Below, one piece after another: positions 18,641 through 27,883 of a stretch of 64,000 nucleotides of DNA (position 1 is the stretch's first letter; each line of letters starts with the position of its first letter). Source of the stretch: Candidatus Latescibacterota bacterium (GTDB lineage Bacteria; Latescibacterota; UBA2968; UBA8231). The notes under the pieces were generated by a model. The model searched no databases, had not been told where the DNA came from, and was given only the letters and a program-made list of their open reading frames with translations. Position numbers and translations under genes: made by a program. The DNA lies in the NCBI GenBank assembly GCA_965223905.1, contig CBDCXV010000010.1, positions 1,088,001 to 1,152,000 on the forward strand. The letters are read 5' to 3'.

Positions 18641-20197
18641 CCCTAACGTTGCAAAAACCTGTTTGAACGAGTATGAGGCGGTTGTGATCAGGCCGCTTGC
18701 TTCAGTGTTTCGAGGAAATGCAACAGATCTTTTTGGGCTTTTGGGTTCGAGTTCATCGTCAGGGTCAACTCGCCCTTGGGCTGGGTGAGCCGGCCGGCGC
18801 GTTGGATGAAGCGATGACGCAAGGTGTCCAGGGTCTGGAAGGTCCACGGCGGCGGACGTTTGGCGCGCGAATAGGTCGAGCGCCCCTGGGTGAGCATCTG
18901 CATTTCGCGCCCCAGGTTGTGAGCCATCCTCGCACACAAGGTGACCATCTGGTTGCCGAGTACCCTTCGGGTGGGGATCAGGTCCAACCCGGCCTGCTGC
19001 TTGGCCTCGCCGAAGATCCCTTCCTGAGCGCCGCGGCCCCCGTGGAAGAGGACCACGTTGCCTGCCGAGGTCCTCTTGTTGGTGACCAGGACGCGGTAGT
19101 CCTAGTCGGTTTCGCGAGGTTGAAACAGATCCAGCTGCAAGGGCTCCTTGGTCTGACGCTTGACCGTACGGCGCACAAAGACAAACCGATACGTGGCCGG
19201 CCGGCTGGCCGGTTTCCACGCACTCTCGAAATAGGAGCGTTCCTCATCCAGATAGCGCCAGCGCTTGCGGGACTCGATTTTGTGCTTGAGTACGGGGAAG
19301 CGTTCGAACGGCACGCTGAGAGTGGATTCGACGCCATACAGGTCGAGGAGAGTGAGCGTGTGTTGGCTGAAGAAGGCGCTGTCCAGTCGAGCCTCGAGCA
19401 CGGTGTGGGGAAGAAGGGCGCGCACGCGATCGAAGGCGTCCATCATGAACTCATGAGCGCCCTTGCTGTCATGGACGTTGCCGGGACGGTGCAGGACATC
19501 GAGGAATTGCCCGGTTTGGGCCACGGTGCCGAACAGGTTGTAGTAGCTGCGCGCGCCCTTTCTTTTGGGGTTGTAGCCGACAGCGGTGCCTTCGGCATGA
19601 CCGCGCGTGGACACCACCGAGCCGTCGAAGTCGAGGGTCAGACGGGCAAAACGCTCACGCTGCAGGGCGTTCCTCACCAAGGTCGAGGACAGCTGCCGCA
19701 CCGTGGCAATATTCGAGGGCTTCAGGGTCGCCAGGGTGCGACTGACGGTGGCCACGTCGGGGAGACGACGCAGCCCCAACAAACGCCGCACGACCGGATC
19801 GTCCCGGTAATAGTCCACGTCTCGCAGGCGCCGGAAACCCAGCAACAGATGCACGATGAGCAGCAACACAATGACATGGGGGCCGAAGATGGCCGAGCTT
19901 TTCACGGGCCGGAAGCATGACTTCAACCGGGCCTTCAGATTCAGCCGTTGAAAGAGCACGAAAAAGACGATCGCTCCGGCAAAGGAAGTAAGCTGTTGAT
20001 CCTCGAAGCGAAGACGCGGGAGCTTGGGAAAACGGGCACAAATCGCTTGTCTGCTGTACTTCACTTGCGGTGTCCTCCTAGAATGGGAGTCGGGTATGTC
20101 TTTGTCAACATCATCGATACCCAATTTCCAGAGGTGCCGCAAGTGACCATGTGCCCGAACAGAAGGGAAATTAGCGCAGTTTTATGCAACCAGAGGG
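18641..20197 (-). mobile_element. Complete IS1380-family element with inverted repeats and target duplication
   Basis: Imperfect IRs CCCTAACGTTGCAAAAA and revcomp CCCTCTGGTTGCATAAA. ATTA is duplicated at 18637-18640 and 20198-20201. Confidence 0.9.
18688..20064 (-). pseudogene. IS1380 DDE transposase with an in-frame TAG
   Basis: LDFDGS, ARLDSAFF and RGAQEGIFGEAK motifs. ORFs 19102..20142 and 18688..19056 share a frame, separated by one TAG (19102-19104). GTG 20064 has an AGGAGG SD. Confidence 0.9.
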
Positions 20198-20263
20198 ATT
20201 ACTAGGTGTCAGCATGAAGACTTTGACGGGTAGACGCGAAGGCGTTTATGTTCCCGAATCACC

Positions 20264-21349
20264 ATGAGCACCCCGTCTAAACGATCGGCTTCCTATCCGC
20301 TGCGCGCGGTTCCCGGGTACTACGGCACCCATTCCGGCATTCAGATCGGCACATACGTCTCGTCGCTGGCCAGCGACGAGGAGCTGCGATTCCTGCAGCA
20401 GCTCGGCGTCGAGTGGGCGATGCTCGCCGTACCTGACCAATCACTTCACAGCGTGGCGAACTACAAGGCCTGGATCGATCGGTTTGCGCACTTCGACATC
20501 CAGATCTACCGCATCGCCAACCAGAGCGTGCACAACATGGAGGCGGTCACCCTCGGGCTCGACGACCGCGACCGCAAGATCGACGAGTTCATCGCCTTCA
20601 TCCGCGACCTCGGCGCTGCGGGCATCCACTACAACACCTACGCGCACATGGCGAGCGGCACCTGGACTTCAGGGCAGACCACCGGGCGTGGCGGCATCGA
20701 AGCGCGCACGCTGGACCTGCGCGACGCATGGGGACGCTGGGACGGCAAGCGATTCGAGGGCGAGCTGCCACACGGGCGCCGCTACAGTGAGGAAGAACTG
20801 TGGGACAACTACGCCCACTTCATCGCCATGGTGGCGCCGGTGGCTGAGGACGCGGGGGTGTACATCGGTATCCACCCCGATGATCCACCGGTGTACGCGC
20901 TCGGCGGCGTGCCCCGGTGCATCTTCGGCACCTTTGCCGGCTACCAGCGTGCGCTGGAGATCGCTGCCAGCGATCACATCGGGGTCTGTTTATGCGTCGG
21001 CTGCTGGCTGGAGGGAGGTGCCGCCGGTATGGGTGCCAACGTGGTCGAGGCCATTCACACCTTCGGCAAGCAAGGCAAGCTGTTCAAAGTGCACTTTCGC
21101 AATGTGACCAATCCCCTGCCGGAGCCGTGGCGAGAGACGCTGATGGACGAGGGCTACATGGACATGTCGCTGGTGATGGCGGCGCTGGGCGAGGTCGGAT
21201 TCGACGGCTGCGCCATCCCGGACCACATCCCGCTCATGAGTGGCGAGGGCGGCGACCGGGCAGGCCTTGGCTACTCCATCGGCTACATGCGGGCTCTGAC
21301 GCAGGCGGTCAACACGCTGGCGGCGGCCGCGTCATCTGCACCGCGATGA
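20264..21349 (+). CDS. Mannonate dehydratase (UxuA)-like protein
   Basis: IHPDDPP, VHFRNV, EGYMDM and PDH motifs. It is divergent, so the substrate is uncertain. Confidence 0.85.
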   Translation: MSTPSKRSASYPLRAVPGYYGTHSGIQIGTYVSSLASDEELRFLQQLGVEWAMLAVPDQSLHSVANYKAWIDRFAHFDIQIYRIANQSVHNMEAVTLGLDDRDRKIDEFIAFIRDLGAAGIHYNTYAHMASGTWTSGQTTGRGGIEARTLDLRDAWGRWDGKRFEGELPHGRRYSEEELWDNYAHFIAMVAPVAEDAGVYIGIHPDDPPVYALGGVPRCIFGTFAGYQRALEIAASDHIGVCLCVGCWLEGGAAGMGANVVEAIHTFGKQGKLFKVHFRNVTNPLPEPWRETLMDEGYMDMSLVMAALGEVGFDGCAIPDHIPLMSGEGGDRAGLGYSIGYMRALTQAVNTLAAAASSAPR

Positions 21350-21392
21350 TCGACCTAGCCAGGGACCGCCCCAGACGCCAGAAGCGACGACG

Positions 21393-22252
21393 ATGCGTGT
21401 AGCGGTAACCGGCGCGCTTGGGCGCGCCGGCCGCTGGATCGTCCCAGAGCTGGTCGCTGCGGACACGAGGTGATCGGCGTAGACCTCCCCGCCCGGGCGG
21501 AGCTACCCGGCGCCCGCTACCGGCAGGCCGACGTCAACGACTACGCCTAGACGCTGTACGCCTTCGAGGGTGTCGACGCCGTCGTGCACCTGGCACGGGC
21601 AAGCCCGCATGCCAGCCCCAACACGGTGTTATCGCGTCAATACGTCAATACGATGACCGCCTGGAACGTGCTGCAAGCGGCCGAGGCGCTCGGCCTCGGC
21701 AAGCTGGTGCTGGCCTCATCAGTTAATGCCATCGGTGCGGCATTCAACCTGACGCGAGTGCCGCCGGAGTACTTCCCGATCGACGAACAACATCCGACCC
21801 GGGCCCAGGACCCCTACAGCATCAGCAAGTGGGCCGGTGAACAGATCTCCGACGGATTCGCACCCCGGCTTGCGGCGCAGGGTCACACCATACAGATCGC
21901 CAGCTTCCGCCTGCACGCGCTGCTCGACGACGAGGGCATCGCGCGCGCCGGGGGCGAGCGTGGTGACCCCGAGCAGCATGCCGCGGATTTTTGGAGCTAC
22001 ACCAGCCTGCGCGAGTGCGCTCGCGCCTGCCGGCTGGCCTTGGAGTCGTCATGGGCGGGACACGAGGTGTTCTTCCTCAACGCCGCCGACACGACGCTGA
22101 GCATGGCGACTGAACAGGCCATCGCGCAGTGCTACCCCGGCGTGTCGCTGCGCCGGCCGCTACCTGGTTTCGCCTCGGTGCTGGACACCCGCAAGGCCCA
22201 GCACTTCTTCGGGTGGGAACACGAGATCACCTGGCGTACCGGCTCGCACTAG
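21393..22252 (+). pseudogene. NAD-dependent epimerase/dehydratase, disrupted
   Basis: MRVAVTGALGRAG from ATG 21393; a 1-nt frameshift near 21460; in-frame TAG at 21548; then ASS and YSISK motifs. Confidence 0.8.
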
Positions 22253-22279
22253 CAGCCCGAGACCACCAGGAAGGACATC

Positions 22280-24151
22280 ATGGCCAGGAAGCGAATTGTC
22301 CAGCGCGACTTTCGCGACTACCAGCGCGCCCGTTTCGTCAATGCCCAGACGAGCGCCAGCGCGAGGCTGGCTCCCACTCTGATGCTGACCAACGAGCTTG
22401 GCGTCAACGGCGATATTCCAGATAGGCTAGGCCCGAACGACTGGGCCCGCGTCGAATTCGATGTTCCGTCGGCGCAGGTCAAGAGCGCCGAGGTGCTCTT
22501 CTATGTCAAGAGCCCCAAAAGCGCCCAGGAAAAACCGCTGCGCTTGCTGGTCAACGGAAGTCGCGTCAACCACTACCAGAAGGTCGAGCGCAGGCTGGCC
22601 GGCGGGTGGGATCGGGCGCGAATACCGGCTCGCTTTCTCAAGAAGGGCGTCAATGAGATCACTTTCGGCATGAACGGCGTGCTTTCCATTGACCCGAACT
22701 CGGGGGGGCGGAGCAGCCGCAGCTTCGACGGCGGGAAGACCTGGCATGCCAATGCTCTGGGGGCTGAGGGCCAGATCAAGGGCGAATACCTGGTCCGCTT
22801 GCGCCTCAAGGGATATCCTCCGCGTGGCGAACTGGTGTCACCGGTCTTTGACTTGGCCGCTGCGGAGGGGGGCGGCATTGCACCGCGCGTCGATATCCGC
22901 CGCATCCGGTTGACACACGAGAAAGAAGCGCCCCGGGGGACGCGGATCGACTTCGAAATGCGCTCGGGCTCCACGCCCACCTTTTCGCCTCGGCAGTGGA
23001 CTTCGTGGGCAGGGCAAACGGCGCTCGAAAGGCCCGGCCGCTTTGCGCAGTGGCGAGCTGTCCTGAGCTCGAATTCAGCTGCCGCGACCCCGGTGCTGAA
23101 GAGCGTGGCGCTGACGGTCGATTATACGGAGGCGCGAGGTTCGCTGAAGGGCGTCGAACTGCTCGAGCTCGATCAACCCGACATCGTCTACAGCTCCTAC
23201 GACTTCGAATATCTGGCGCCCCATCACCGCGTCGACCGACTACTCAAGCAGTACCGTCTGGAGGAAGTCATCGCACCCGGGGCGACCGAACTGGAGAAGT
23301 TCGCCCTGCTGCGCGATTGGGTTCACAGCCAGTGGCTGGGCTGGCAGGTATTCAATTACCCCTACTGTCCGCCGTGGGATCCGCTCGACATTCTCGAGAC
23401 AACCAAGGGCCATTGGGGCTTTGGCATGTGCACCCATTACGGGGCGGTCTTCGCAGGGTGCGCGTCGGCACTGGGCTACGTGGCTCGCGTTCTCATTGTC
23501 AATGGTCACTGCCTGGCCGAGATCTGGTCGGACGATTTACAGAAGTGGATTCTGCAAGACCCCGGACCTAGTGAAGAGTACGACGCTACGTACGAGAGTC
23601 GCGGCGTGCCCGTCAACGCGCTCGAGTTCCACCGGATGCACGCGGCCGGCAAGGCCCATCACCTGACGATCAACAAGCTGCCGCAGAAGAAGAAGGCGAG
23701 GATGACCAACGATTGGGGCAGCACTTTCTGTCGCTTCGGCATCCCTCTGCGCAACAATCATCTGGTCAAAGCGGAGCCCGCCGAGCTGCACCACGGCTAC
23801 AGCCATTACCACTGGGACGGGTACCTGTGGTGGTCCGTCGACATCGATCCGAAATACGCCGAGTATTCGTTGCAGACCTCACGCCCGGCTGATTTCTACT
23901 GGTCGGTCAACCAGACCCGCCTCTACCCTCGCGCCGGGGAGGAAAGAGGGATGTTGGCAATAGACGTGGAGACGGCGACGCCGAATTTCTCACATTATCA
24001 GATCCGGATCGGCAGTGGAGAATGGATCGAGGCCGAGGCGCCGCTGAGTTGGGAGCTATATCATGGTGAGAACGAAATGGAAGTACGCGGAGTCAACGCC
24101 TTTGGTCGAGCGGGCCGCAGTGCGCGGTTGAAGGTTGCCTGCACCGGGTGA
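22280..24151 (+). CDS. Transglutaminase-like domain protein with N-terminal beta-sandwich modules
   Basis: Cys-His-Asp triad: GMCTHYG...GHCLAEIWS...WILQDP; AGGAAGGA RBS. Confidence 0.8.
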   Translation: MARKRIVQRDFRDYQRARFVNAQTSASARLAPTLMLTNELGVNGDIPDRLGPNDWARVEFDVPSAQVKSAEVLFYVKSPKSAQEKPLRLLVNGSRVNHYQKVERRLAGGWDRARIPARFLKKGVNEITFGMNGVLSIDPNSGGRSSRSFDGGKTWHANALGAEGQIKGEYLVRLRLKGYPPRGELVSPVFDLAAAEGGGIAPRVDIRRIRLTHEKEAPRGTRIDFEMRSGSTPTFSPRQWTSWAGQTALERPGRFAQWRAVLSSNSAAATPVLKSVALTVDYTEARGSLKGVELLELDQPDIVYSSYDFEYLAPHHRVDRLLKQYRLEEVIAPGATELEKFALLRDWVHSQWLGWQVFNYPYCPPWDPLDILETTKGHWGFGMCTHYGAVFAGCASALGYVARVLIVNGHCLAEIWSDDLQKWILQDPGPSEEYDATYESRGVPVNALEFHRMHAAGKAHHLTINKLPQKKKARMTNDWGSTFCRFGIPLRNNHLVKAEPAELHHGYSHYHWDGYLWWSVDIDPKYAEYSLQTSRPADFYWSVNQTRLYPRAGEERGMLAIDVETATPNFSHYQIRIGSGEWIEAEAPLSWELYHGENEMEVRGVNAFGRAGRSARLKVACTG

Positions 24152-24278
24152 AGGGAAATCACCTGATTGACCTCACGCGGTGCCCCAGGCCTGGGTGCTA
24201 CCGGTAGTGCGGAGTGTGCAGAATTGATTCTCAAGATCAGAGTGATGGCAAGGCGATTTCAAGGGTGAGAGAGGGCTT

Positions 24279-25034
24279 ATGAAAGTCTTGGTGACCGGTG
24301 CTGAGAGTCGCCTGGGGAAGCAAATCATTGAAGAACTGGCCCCGCATCACAAGTTACGTCTCTGGGGAGCCGGGGAGGCGCCAGATGACCTGGGCGACCA
24401 ATCGGAGTGGTTGACTGGAGACCTGCGTGATGCCGGCACGGCGTGGCAGGCGGTACGGGGAGTGGAGGCGATCGTACACACGGGGGAACCGCCTCCCGGG
24501 CTGTCTGATGAAGATCTGGAACGTGAGCAGGAGCTATTGGATTTGGCCACACGGGGGACGCATGTGTTGTTCACAGCGGGTGTGAAGGCTGGGGTGAAGC
24601 GATTTGTTTATGGCAGCACGCTTCAGGTTTTCGAAGCCTATCCGGACGATGTGTTCATCACGGAGTTGTGGAAACCGAAACCCTCTCCGGAAATGTTTCA
24701 GATGACCCGGTATCTGGGGGAACTTACGTGTCGGGAATTTGCCCGCGATTTTCTGGTGGCGGTCACTGCGCTTCGCTTGGGCAAGCTGGTGGTGGCAGAA
24801 GAGGTTGCTGGCCAGACACCCGATTTGATGTGGGTGGACATTCGGGATGCTGCTCACGCGTTCCGCATGGCTCTAAACCGGGATGCCCGGAAGGAAGTGA
24901 AGTGGAGTCGGCGGCTTGCCCTGCATCACATCTGTGCAAATATACCGAATGGCAAATATCTGATCGGGACTCCGGGATTTCGACTCAATGGATTTGAGCC
25001 ACAGCATCAATTTGAGATCGGGGATGGAGCATGA
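24279..25034 (+). CDS. NAD-dependent epimerase/dehydratase family protein (degenerate motifs)
   Basis: KVLVTGAESRLG Rossmann start; YxxxK is replaced by FQMTR. Confidence 0.8.
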   Translation: MKVLVTGAESRLGKQIIEELAPHHKLRLWGAGEAPDDLGDQSEWLTGDLRDAGTAWQAVRGVEAIVHTGEPPPGLSDEDLEREQELLDLATRGTHVLFTAGVKAGVKRFVYGSTLQVFEAYPDDVFITELWKPKPSPEMFQMTRYLGELTCREFARDFLVAVTALRLGKLVVAEEVAGQTPDLMWVDIRDAAHAFRMALNRDARKEVKWSRRLALHHICANIPNGKYLIGTPGFRLNGFEPQHQFEIGDGA

Positions 25035-25747
25035 AAAAGGTGCTCTTACTCGGTGCATCGGGATTGGTTGCTCCCAACATCACGGCTGGGCTTGAACCGT
25101 ATTATGACCTGCGCCTGGCCGATATCAAGCCCCATCCAGATGGCAAACCGATAACGGAGGTGGATGTTCGCAACTACGATCAGGTGCTCGACGCCGCCCG
25201 GGGGATGGATGCGATCATGAATTTCACGGTCGTTCGCCCTCATGACCCGGTTCTGAGTTTTCACGTGAACACATTGGGCGCATTGCATGTGATGAAGGCG
25301 GCTGAAGCGTTGGGCATCAAGAAGGTCGTGCACACGGGTCCGCAGTTGATTCGCGGTGATTATGACCTGGATTTTGACGTCGCGGATGTGCCCCGGGCAG
25401 CGGGTGTAAGCTACTATGGAGCGACCAAGATATTGTCTTATGAGATCTGTCGAATTTACGCCAGGACCTGCGGCATTCAGACCATTTGTTTTGTGTTCAA
25501 TGGCATGGGGGCCAATCCTTCGGTACAAGATTATGGAAAAGACTTCCCCCCGTTCTTGATTATTTGGGAGGATTTACAGCAGGCTTGCCGGCTGGCTTTG
25601 GACATCGAAAAAGTGCCTGATGATTATCAGGATTTCAATATGACAAGTTTTGAAGGGCACGGGAAATACAATGCAGACAAGGCCCGAAGAATGTTGGGAT
25701 TTGAACCATCACAACGTTGGGAAGATTACTTCAAGCGGGAACTGTAG
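25031..25747 (+). CDS. NAD-dependent epimerase / uronate dehydrogenase-like protein
   Basis: LLLGASGLVA, LRLADI and YGATK motifs; ATGA overlap with the previous gene. Confidence 0.82.
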   Translation: MKKVLLLGASGLVAPNITAGLEPYYDLRLADIKPHPDGKPITEVDVRNYDQVLDAARGMDAIMNFTVVRPHDPVLSFHVNTLGALHVMKAAEALGIKKVVHTGPQLIRGDYDLDFDVADVPRAAGVSYYGATKILSYEICRIYARTCGIQTICFVFNGMGANPSVQDYGKDFPPFLIIWEDLQQACRLALDIEKVPDDYQDFNMTSFEGHGKYNADKARRMLGFEPSQRWEDYFKREL

Positions 25748-25805
25748 CGGCTGCCAGCGTGTTGTCACCTGATCGAATTTGGAGTTTTTCGCGAGGAGCA
25801 CAAGG

Positions 25806-27878
25806 ATGGATACGAGACGTGAGAGCGGCCTCTGGTTCAACAGACTTCTGAACGACCCTCAATACGCGACGCCCAATAAAGACATTGGCAATGTGGCCTC
25901 GCTCCTGGAGCGGATCGACTCCCTGGGCCCGCAGATCGTTCAGATTCCCGAATTGGGCCCTCTGCTCTACAGTGCGCCCTATCCGCCTCCACAGGAAGGA
26001 CATCACTACTCAAAGGCAGAGATCCATGAGCATCTGGAGCGGTGGCGTTGGTGCATTCAACAGATCCACCAGCGTGGTGCCAAGGCTGTTGGGGTCTTCA
26101 GCTTCTGTTACCATTACGGGGACCTGAAGCGCAGGTTGGGCTGGTTCGAATTTTGGGACAAGCTCTGGGACGAGGAACTCCTTGGACCCCAGCCGGACGT
26201 AGATCCCACGACGCTCTTCCAGCGCAGCCAGAACGGCCAGTCGATTGGATTAAGAAAAGAGCAAATGACGACGACCGATGTGTATTACGGCTGTCCAAAC
26301 AACCCGGCCTGGCGTCAGACCCTGAAGGCGATGCTCAAGGTTGCCATCGACCTGGGGATAGACGGATTCAATGTCGGGTTCAACTTTCGTAACATCTGTC
26401 GGTGTCCGTTTTGTCGGGAGGAGTTGAAGCAGTACTTCGGAAAGTACCCCCCTCAGACACTGCGCGAGAAATTCGGGATCGCGGACCTGGAGGATCCTGC
26501 CTGGTTGAATTTCACGGCCGACACATCGAAACCCGGGGATCTTGGCGCCGGATATCCCTTTAGGGTACCCCAGAGCCCATTGGAGTGGCTGGGGTTGGAG
26601 GCGAGACGATGCCAGCACTACTGGGAAAAGACGCGTTTCGACGAAATCTTTATGGATTACGGTCGTTCACTGAAGCCGGATCTGATCTTGTGCGAGTGGT
26701 TTCACTTCAACTTCACAGCGCCCAACGAACGATCTCTGCTGTCTCGTGATCTGTGGGCAAAGGGAGAGGACTACATCTGGTACTGTCATTTTCGGGGGCC
26801 GACCAACCTGCAAGAGGGCCACGTCTCGGACAGCACGTTAGGCGCGAAATATTGCCGCGCTATGGGCCGGGGCAAACCCTTTTTGGTGAATACCTACGAT
26901 ACGCGTTTCCGGGTGGGCGTAGCCGACCAGGTCGCCGGTGGCGGCATTGCGTGGGGGGTCCATAAACCGCCCGTGCATGAGGACGATATACAGGAATTAT
27001 CAACCTACTTTCGTTTCCTCCGCGAGCAGGAGCCATACTATCACCCCGCCACTTCTTACGCCGACGTCGCACTGGTCTATGCCGATCAGGCGATGCAACT
27101 TGGGGACGCACCCCGTCTTCGCACCCTGCAACGCCTGGGACGCCGGTTGATCGATGGTCATGTTCCCTTCGACATCGTGGTCGATGCAGACCTCTCTCCC
27201 GAAATCCTGAAACCATACCGTCTACTCATCCTGCCAAACGTCAAGTACCTGAGCACGAGACAGGTCGAACTCATCCGCGCCTTCGTCCAGGGCGGCGGCT
27301 GCTTGATTGCCACGGACGAGACGGCCTGCGGTGATCAGAACGGAACAACGCTTCTCAAGTGCATGTTGGAGGAGGTGTATGGTGCTCGCGTGAACGGTGA
27401 GATCTCGTTGAACGAGTTTGGCAAAGGCGCTTGCCTCTATATCCCGGAGGTGCCGCAGGACGAACGGAATCCCGGAGGCGGGTGCAAGGATGACATACCT
27501 CCGAGTCCGCCGGCGGATGCCTTTGGTCAGGATTTCCTGCACCGGCTGCGAGAGCTGGCCGAGCCACCGCTTTTGCAGACGACGGCCTCCTGGAAAGTGG
27601 CGCTCACGCCCTACTTCCAAGAGGCGCAAAGCCGCCTGGTCCTGCACATGGTCAACTATAACCGGGATGAGAGTGCTCCAAGTGAGGTCCCCATTCCAGA
27701 GCGGGATATCCAAATCTCGGTCCGTCTTCCAGAAAACAGCTCCACCGCCGACGTTCGTCTGCTCTCACCCGACCGCAACGGGGAGGAGTCCCTGCCGTTT
27801 GAGCAGGACGGGATGTATGGACGGTTCATGGTGCCGGAGGTGCTGGCCTACAATCTGGCCGTCGTGGACATGCGGTAA
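25806..27878 (+). CDS. Glycoside-hydrolase-like TIM barrel with GH42-type trimerisation (GATase-like) domain
   Basis: CPNNPAWR and CRCPFC metal motif; ADVALVY...VPFDIV...LLILPNV...LIATDE; LVLHMVNY C-terminal domain. Confidence 0.7.
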   Translation: MDTRRESGLWFNRLLNDPQYATPNKDIGNVASLLERIDSLGPQIVQIPELGPLLYSAPYPPPQEGHHYSKAEIHEHLERWRWCIQQIHQRGAKAVGVFSFCYHYGDLKRRLGWFEFWDKLWDEELLGPQPDVDPTTLFQRSQNGQSIGLRKEQMTTTDVYYGCPNNPAWRQTLKAMLKVAIDLGIDGFNVGFNFRNICRCPFCREELKQYFGKYPPQTLREKFGIADLEDPAWLNFTADTSKPGDLGAGYPFRVPQSPLEWLGLEARRCQHYWEKTRFDEIFMDYGRSLKPDLILCEWFHFNFTAPNERSLLSRDLWAKGEDYIWYCHFRGPTNLQEGHVSDSTLGAKYCRAMGRGKPFLVNTYDTRFRVGVADQVAGGGIAWGVHKPPVHEDDIQELSTYFRFLREQEPYYHPATSYADVALVYADQAMQLGDAPRLRTLQRLGRRLIDGHVPFDIVVDADLSPEILKPYRLLILPNVKYLSTRQVELIRAFVQGGGCLIATDETACGDQNGTTLLKCMLEEVYGARVNGEISLNEFGKGACLYIPEVPQDERNPGGGCKDDIPPSPPADAFGQDFLHRLRELAEPPLLQTTASWKVALTPYFQEAQSRLVLHMVNYNRDESAPSEVPIPERDIQISVRLPENSSTADVRLLSPDRNGEESLPFEQDGMYGRFMVPEVLAYNLAVVDMR

Positions 27879-27883
27879 GTGCT

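Noticed and set aside
18697-19920. 407-aa plus-strand ORF inside IS1380
   Set aside because: It is the antisense shadow of the transposase. It stays open because a TAG on the coding strand reads CTA on the other strand.
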